Position numbers and translations under genes: made by a program. The notes beneath the pieces are model-generated. The model searched no databases, was not told the DNA's origin, and saw only the letters and a program-made list of their open reading frames with translations. 64,000 bases of DNA from NCBI GenBank assembly GCA_964035545.1, contig OZ037765.1, positions 35,364,080 through 35,428,079 on the forward strand, given 5' to 3'. Positions 54,501 through 63,500 of this stretch are shown in pieces. Every line of letters starts with the position of its first letter. Positions within the stretch are counted from its first letter, which is position 1. The DNA is from Bugula neritina (Eukaryota; Animalia; Bryozoa).

Positions 54501-57500
54501 TATTTCCAATTCAACTTTTGTTTGTAAATTGATGAATAATTGAGTTGACTTTCATCATGTTTATTTTTGTGGAGAGCTTTTTAAAAAAAGGTTTGTTTAT
54601 AGTTTATCAATTCTTAGTAACTGTACGGTTTCAGTTTGCTGGCATTTCTACTTGTACCAGTAGTTGTTGTACTAGATCTAGTAGTTGTACGGTCACTATG
54701 AGAAATTAGCGTCCTCGTTCACATTGGATCTTTAAAACTAGTATTTCTACTAGTAGTAGTACTAGATTGAACTTCTGCGCTCTTCTCTCTTAAGACTAAG
54801 TTTGTATTGCTCAGTTATAAAGGTTCGGGTTCATCATGATCATAAAATAAGATTGAAATTAATTTAAAACGTATGGCATAGCCTTAGGTAATATTTGAAA
54901 CTAATGCTTAAAGTAATACTAATAATAAATCTATTATAATTTGTATAAATTAAATTTAATGTTACATTTGCATTCCACTAGAATATGGTACTAATTTTGT
55001 AGCATAGTGAATATGTAGCTGTATTTTTTATAGATTCTATAGCACTAACTCCGTAGTCACTCATTTAATCTAGCTAGACTGGGGAAGGGGTGTTTATTTC
55101 AACACTTTAGTAGTTTACTATACATTTAGGTAAAGGGCTGGCAGCTGGGACTAGGTTAGTTGACACAAACCACAGTTGAAGTAAGACTGGCTAGCAGTTT
55201 GTTATCTTAGGTAGGGTGTTTACAAGCCTTCCTCTTATCACTATTCAAACTAAGTAACCTAGTCGACTCACTATACCAACTCACTTATCGCCTCTCCTCT
55301 CTATAAAGTGGTTTTCTGTTGGACGAAGCTGGCAAACATTTTCTCATATTCCTCCCGCCATGTGCCACATCATGGCGTGTGAACTAGCCCAGAGGGTGTG
55401 TACACAAGCACGATCACTGCTAGTAGATTGTGTCATTCTGCTTCGGAGCTAGGGAAGGTGCAGACGTTACTGCGTGCAGCAGACGACACTAGCAGACGCA
55501 ACGTCACGGCGGGCAGTAGACTGTAGGGCAGTGGAGACGTTGGAACTCCTCATTGTACAAATAGATGAGATTCAACTCCTCCAACTGCTGTACGTCTGCA
55601 TAATAGCCTGCAATCTCAACACTGGGCAGCTAAGGGTGGCTGACTAGAGCCCCAGTTCTCACGTGAGTATTAGTTGCTGCAGAAGATCATGAGAGATGCA
55701 GAAAGTGGGTCACAATTTATGAATAGTGAAAGCAGTGATGGGCTTTAATGTGCATTGACTGTGAGTGAAGGACATTTGATTTTGATGGATCTGTATTTTA
55801 TAGGCTATTGACTGCAATTAGCATACTATGTGTATCAACTTATTGTGTTATAGTGGTTAGTAGACACAACTGTTGTATTTTTGTATCTATTTAGACCAGA
55901 ATAAAACTTATTTATTTTAAATATTGCATTTGTTGTTATTTGGAGGTAACATTAAAACCCTAAAGCTAATGTTAAGAGTTAGTGAGAGGCTATTGTTCTC
56001 TGAAATAGTCTACTTACTGGCTACGTGAAGCACACCAGACCAGCTACACACTGCCAGACCAGCTACACGCTGCTAGCTTACTTGTAAACATAGTTTCAAT
56101 GACATATAAACATTGAAGAACAAGTTCTAACAGATTGTGTTACCAAAGGTCACTTTGTGCTGCCATACAAAGTCTAATAGTGTCACTGTCTTGGAGCACT
56201 TCCAGCTTTACTCTGAGAATAAACATGTCATATCTACAGGCCATGCATTGTGTGTGTGTGTGTGTGTCAGCAATCCCTCGTGTGACGAGTATGATGTCTG
56301 CTTGCAAGCTTTAGTCTGTGCCGTGATCCGTAATCCGTTCCAGTTCGAAAATCCGTAAAATCCTACTAGAGGTTGTGAGTTCTGAGGTGACTCACAAGCC
56401 CAATTCGAGATCGGCATAATTTGCCACAGTGAGGACAAATGTTACTAGAGTCAGTCACTGGTGGGTGTGTAACAGAGCATAACTCCCTGCTTTTCCTTAA
56501 CAACCGTTTGTGCTCTCGTTTTTGGCGTTGTTGTTGTTCAAAAATCGCTGTCCCTTGATGCACAACAGTTCTCCAATTTTTTCTGTCCAAGGCCTGAACT
56601 TCCCAGGTCTGTGGTCGAATGAAACACTGCTTAAGGCTTTCGTGTAAAGTGTCTTTATACCTTTTCCTCTGACCACCCTGTGAGCGATTTCCAGTGTTCA
56701 GCTCAGAGTACATGATCTTTTTTGGTAGCCGGTTATCATCCATTCTTACCACATGGCCAGACCACTTCAGTTGTCTCTTCACAATCATGGTAGTAATACT
56801 TGTAGTTTGAGCTTTATCCAGGACACTGTTAGTAGTCTGCCTGTCTTGCCATTTGACTCCGAGGATTCGCCTGAGACTGCGGTTGTGAAATTTCTCGAGG
56901 GACAGCAGGTTGTGGCTGTAGGTTACCCAAGTTTCAGAGGCATAAAGTAGTGTCGGGAGAACAATGGCTTTGTATACTTTTAGTTTGGTCTGTCTGTCTG
57001 TCTGTCTCTCTACTCTCTACAGGCCATGCATTACTCTCTACAGGCCATGCATTACTCTACTCTCTACAGGCCATGCATTACTCTACTCTGTACAGGCCAT
57101 GCATTACTCTACTCTCTACAGGCCATGCATTACTCTACTCTGTACAGGCCATGCATTACTCTCTACAGGCCATGTATTACTCTCTACAGGCCATGCATTA
57201 CTCTACTCTCTACAGGCCATGCATTACTCTCTACTCTCTACAGGCCATGCATTACTCTCTACAGGCCATGCATTACTCTACTCTCTACAGGCCATGCATT
57301 ACTCTACTCTGTACAGGCCATGCATTACTCTACTCTGTACAGGCCATGCATTACTCTCTACAGGCCATGTATTACTCTACTCTATACAGGCCATGCATTA
57401 CTCTACTCTCTACAGGCCATGCATTACTCTCTACAGGCCATGCATTACTCTACTCTATACAGGCCATGCATTACTCTCTACAGGCCATGCATTACTCTCT

Positions 57501-60500
57501 ACAGGCTGGGTACAATGTTACAATAGCACTCTGTGTTTATAATGCTGCTTATCTTTCTACACTGCTTATAGAAAACTTCCATAAATTAACTTCATGCAAA
57601 CATAAGAAGAGATAAAAGGCCATGACAAACGGGCCCATTGAGTTTAGAGTGGTTGTTGAAATGATAAGGCAGGTTAGATTGCTACACACAGTGACATGGG
57701 ATATATACATTGTTGGGAGTTGAAGCTATCGTGTTACAGTATTGTAGAGCTGCTAGTAGTACACTGTATCTATCCTACTGGATGTACAGGGCTGCGTGGC
57801 ATCTGTTTAGTGTCATAGGGGTACCCTCATTCATACACAACTATAGCTTGTTCCACTGCTACATTGCCATGCAGTTCTACAGCTACGAGTACCAGTTGTG
57901 CTGTCCAGTCACTTTCAGTGTATCTTTTTCATATTGACTGGTGACGTCACGGCTTAGGTTGAAAGAGCACAAGTGTGCCCTATACCCCTCTCTGTCTGTG
58001 TGTAACTCCCACTGCTCCTCTTTCCAGACCTTCCTGCACAACTGCAGTGTGTGGTTTAGCTGGAGTGTATTTATCTCGCTGTGTTAGTAGTAATCATAAG
58101 GACTCCAGCTTGCTATTGTCACATGCAGCTAAGCAACTCAGTGATACTACTTCTATAACTATAATTACTGCATCTAATAATGAAGGCTTGCATTATATTC
58201 AAGCAACTTTAATGCTAATATAAATGTAATATCAAGCCAAGATAATGGCTGTTTTTAAGTTATTCAACACTGGAGCTGGTAAACAAGTAACCCTAGTCTG
58301 GTAAAAGAATGTATTACAAGCTTGACAATGAATGCTTGAGTATTTAAACTGTTTGTACACAAGTTATTTCAATTATATAGTGGCAGCATGGGGCTTTGCC
58401 TCTGAGTGGGTGGAGAAATGAAGGAAATGGGAAAGATATCTACCATGTCATTAGAATCTGTAGAATAGATAATGGAGACATCACCACCCTGTGTTACATT
58501 CTGAAGTGACTTTTGCATATTTATTGGCAAACTCTTTGTTGACCTAATTTATGGATTGTTGTGTAATATTCCAATGTGGGGATAACTCTTGTGACAGTAG
58601 CTGGCATGTAGTCTGGGGTCCACTATTCATTCTGCTTGTGTGGGGGAGATATGTTAGCCTTGAGGTGTTGGCCTTTCTTTGAGTTTGGGGCAGAGGCCAT
58701 TTGCATCCCCCAAATACACATGTGTGTGATATCTGGATAGACTCTGTGAGGATTTAAGGCTATAAGTACCCCCCTCACCATGGGATATAAGGGGTGTACC
58801 CCTCTCACCATGTAATATAGGGGGTGTACCCCCTTCACCATGGGATAGAGAGTAACTAGATGCGAGTATATATGACTATATATTCACAGCACCGTATTTA
58901 TAGCTCTTTATTACATGATATAGTTTATCCTCAAAGCATTCACTTCTTTTATCACCCATATAAGTATTTCACTGTTACACAAACTCACTCCACTGCCTTT
59001 AATCTGCCCCACTCTGTGACAGTATCTCGTGACACTCAAGGGAGATAATCCACTGGCACTCAGTATTATTCTACAACCAGCTCATCTGTACACTCAGTAT
59101 ATCAACAATCCTTTATCTAAATGATTATCACATAACCACCCATTGTATATTGTCACTCTGTGTTGCTAGTCTTGCAGCTGCTGTATAATATTACTGTATT
59201 ATATTACATATTATATGTTATATTAATATATGATTTATATTATATGTTATATTATATTACACAGCTGTTTCCCATGGACAAGAGATGTGTGACTGTACTA
59301 GTAACTCTAGACCATCTCCTCAAGTTCTGTACTCCAGTTAACCGAACCTCAATGTCAAGGTCAGTTGTCCCCCTCTCCACCACTGTGCACTCCCTCCCCC
59401 TCTCCACCACTGTGCACTCCCTCCACCTCTCCACCACTGTGCACTCCCTCCACCTCTCTACTCTACCTCTAAGTGTGCTATATACTATACAGAGTACACT
59501 ATATATTATATTAGTATATATTATATTAGTATATATTATATTAGTATATATTATATTAGTATATATTATATTAGTATATATTATATTAGTATATATTATA
59601 TTAGTATATATTATATTAGTATATATCACACTCTGTAGCTCTCTGGTATCCGGGAGATTAGACAGACAGTCAGTGAGTGATGAGGGAGACGTCCCTCATG
59701 ATGTCACCAGAGTGGAGGAGATCCCCTTCGTCTTCTCCATCATGGAGCTGCTGCCTGTGTGTCAGCAGACGGAGATTATCCTCCCCACCTACCACGTCTC
59801 TAGGGGTAAGTATCCTCCCCACCTACCACGTGTCTAGAGGTAAGTCTCTGTATCTTCCCCACCTACCACGTGTCTAGGGGTAAGTATATGAATACATTTA
59901 GTAGTTATAAAATACACATTAGTTTAAATGTTACTCTGATGTTGATGGTAGATGTTGATAAACCAGTACATATATTAGGAGATAAGTTTATATAATCTAG
60001 TAATTTCTCATCATTGTATCAAGTGTTTAGTGTATTGTGTACTACTAGTAGCTTATACCCCCCTCTCTATGCTCTAATATTCACTACACCCCCTCTCTGC
60101 TGTAATATTCACTACACCCCCCTCTCTGCTGTATATTCACTACACCCCCCTCTCTATGCTGTAATATTCACTACACCCCCTCTCTCTATTGCAGACCTCA
60201 GCAGTTCTGTGAAGACCCCCCGCAGCACATCCACCACTTCCACAAGTGCGGGGGAGATAACTAACAACATCCTGTTCAAGCACCTCCTCTACGAGTTGGA
60301 GAAACACCCCGGAGCTCATGAGATGGAACTCACTCCAGACGAGTACGAGAAGTTCATGAAGCAGGTGGTAATATACGTACTCTACTGGTAATATACGTAC
60401 TCTCTACTGGTAATATACGTACTCTCTACTAGTAATATACGTACTCTCTACTAGTAATATACGTACTCTCTACTAGTAATATACGTACTCTCTACTAGTA

Positions 60501-63500
60501 ATATACGTACTCTCTACTGGTAATATACGTACTCTACTAGTAATATACGTACTCTCTACTAGTAATATACGTACTCTCTACTAGTAATATACGTACTCTA
60601 CTAGTAATATACGTACTCTACTGGTAATATACGTACTCTCTACTAGTAATATACGTACTCTCTACTAGTAATATACGTACTCTCTACTAGTAATATATGT
60701 ACTCTCTACTGGTAATATACGTACTCTCTACTAGTAATATACGTACTCTCTACTAGTAATATACGTACTCTCTACTGGTAATATACGTACTCTCTACTGG
60801 TAATATACGTACTCTCTACTAGTAATATACGTACTCTCTACTGGTAATATACGTACTCTCTACTGGTAATATACGTACTCTCTACTAGTAATATACGTAC
60901 TCTCTACTAGTAATATACGTACTCTCTACTGGTAATATACGTACTCTCTACTAGTAATATACGTACTCTACTAGTAATATACGTACTCTCTACTGGTAAT
61001 ATACGTACTCTCTACTAGTAATATACGTACTCTCTACTAGTAATATACGTACTCTCTACTGGTAATATACGTACTCTCTACTAGTAATATACGTACTCTC
61101 TACTAGTAATATACGTACTCTCTACTAGTAATATACGTACTCTCTACTAGTAATATACGTACTCTCTACTAGTAATATACGTACTCTACTAGTAATATAC
61201 GTACTCTCTACTAGTAATATACGTACTCTACTAGTAATATACGTACTCTCTACTAGTAATATACGTACTCTCTACTGGTAATATACGTACTCTCTACTGG
61301 TAATATATGTACTCTCTACTAGTAATATACGTACTCTCTACTAGTAATATACGTACTCTCTACTGGTAATATACGTACTCTACTAGTAATATACGTACTC
61401 TCTACTAGTAATATACGTACTCTACTAGTAATATACGTACTCTCTACTAGTAATATACGTACTCTCTACTGGTAATATACGTACTCTCTACTGGTAATAT
61501 ATGTACTCTCTACTAGTAATATACGTACTCTACTGGTAATATACGTACTCTACTAGTAATATACGTACTCTCTACTAGTAATATACGTACTCTCTACTAG
61601 TAATATACGTACTCTACTGGTAATATACGTACTCTCTACTAGTAATATACGTACTCTCTACTAGTAATATACGTACTCTCTACTAGTAATATACGTACTC
61701 TCTACTAGTAATATACGTACTCTACTAGTAATATACGTACTCTCTACTAGTAATATACGTACTCTCTACTAGTAATATACGTACTCTACTGGTAATATAC
61801 GTACTCTCTACTAGTAATATACGTACTCTACTAGTAATATAGCCTCTGCTCTGTGCAGGTTGAACACCGTCCGAGAGACGAGTCTCCCTCTGTCCCTCCC
61901 GTACCATTCGAGTGGAATAGTGCTGAGAATAGCCCTAGTTCTACTGCCCAGCAGGCCGGCACTCCTCTGTCGGCTCCCAACACAGCTCGCAGGTACAGAG
62001 TATTACATTACTTACACTTTCCACTCTACTCTATACTCTACTCTATACTCTACTCTATACTCTACTCTATAATCTACTCTATACTCTACTCTATACTCTA
62101 CTTTATACTCTATACTCTACTTTATACTCTATACTCTACTCTACTCTACTCTACTCTACTCTACTCTACTCTACTCTACTCTACTCTACTCTACTCTACT
62201 CTACTCTACTCTACTCTACTCCACTCCACTCCACTCCACTCCACTCCACTCCACTCCACTCCACTCCACTCCACTCCACTCCACTCCACTCCACTCCACT
62301 CCACTCCACTCCACTCCACTCCACTCCACGCCACTCCACGCCACACGCCACTCCACGCCACACGCCACACGCCACTCCACGCCACACGCCACTCCACGCC
62401 ACACTCCACACTCCACACTCCACTCCACGCCACACTCCACACTCCACACTCCACTCCACGCCACACTCCACACTCCACTCCACGCCACACTCCACACTCC
62501 ACACTCCACTCCACGCCACACTCCACACTCCACACTCCACTCCACGCCACACTCCACACTCCACACTCCACTCTACGCCACACTCCACACTCCACACTCC
62601 ACTCTACGCCACACTCCACACTCCACACTCCACTCTACGCCACACTCCACACTCCACACTCCACACTACGCCACACTCCACACTCCACACTCCACACTAC
62701 GCCACACTCCACACTCCACACTCCACACTCCACACTCCACACTCCACACTCCACACTCCACACTCCACACTCCACACTCCACACTCCACACTCCACACTC
62801 CACACTCCACACTCCACACTCCACACTCCACACTCCATACTCTACTCAGTAGTAAATATTATTTGTGGTCTTTTGAAGCACATAATGGGAGTTATCATCT
62901 CATCCCCCTGTATCGTGTGAGATATGAATGAAAATCAAAGTTAGAAGTTGTGTTCTCATATGGACCTTTCTCTCTCTGTAGCAGCAGCGAACCTAGAGGT
63001 GCTGCCTCAGCCTGGCATGGCCACACCCCCACTGGACGTAGCCACACCCCCACTGGACGTAGCGACACGCCCACTGGCCAGAGCCACACCCCCACTGGAC
63101 GTAGCCACACCCCCACTGGACGTAGTGTCACGACCTCTACAGCAGAAGAGGAGAGTGTAGAGATACCGGAGTGGAAGTGTTACTGTTTCCCTGATCTGAG
63201 TTCCACAGACAAGAGCGGGGCTCCCAACACTGTGACGATACTTTTCCTCCCCGCCTCCTACCAGAGTCTGTCTATGATCTCACGCTACCCTGAGACACAC
63301 AGGGGTGAGCGGATAACTTCTTCTACACCTGCCACTCTACAGTATAGTTAGTTATCCAATGAAATGTCTCGTTAATCGTGTGTTGTTCAATGAAATGCAG
63401 TATTACAAGGTCACATGACATTATTCTGTTTCACAGCTGCAGACTGTAGCAACGTTGAATCGGCCAATGAGGTGCCTCCTCTCAATTTAAATGGATATGC

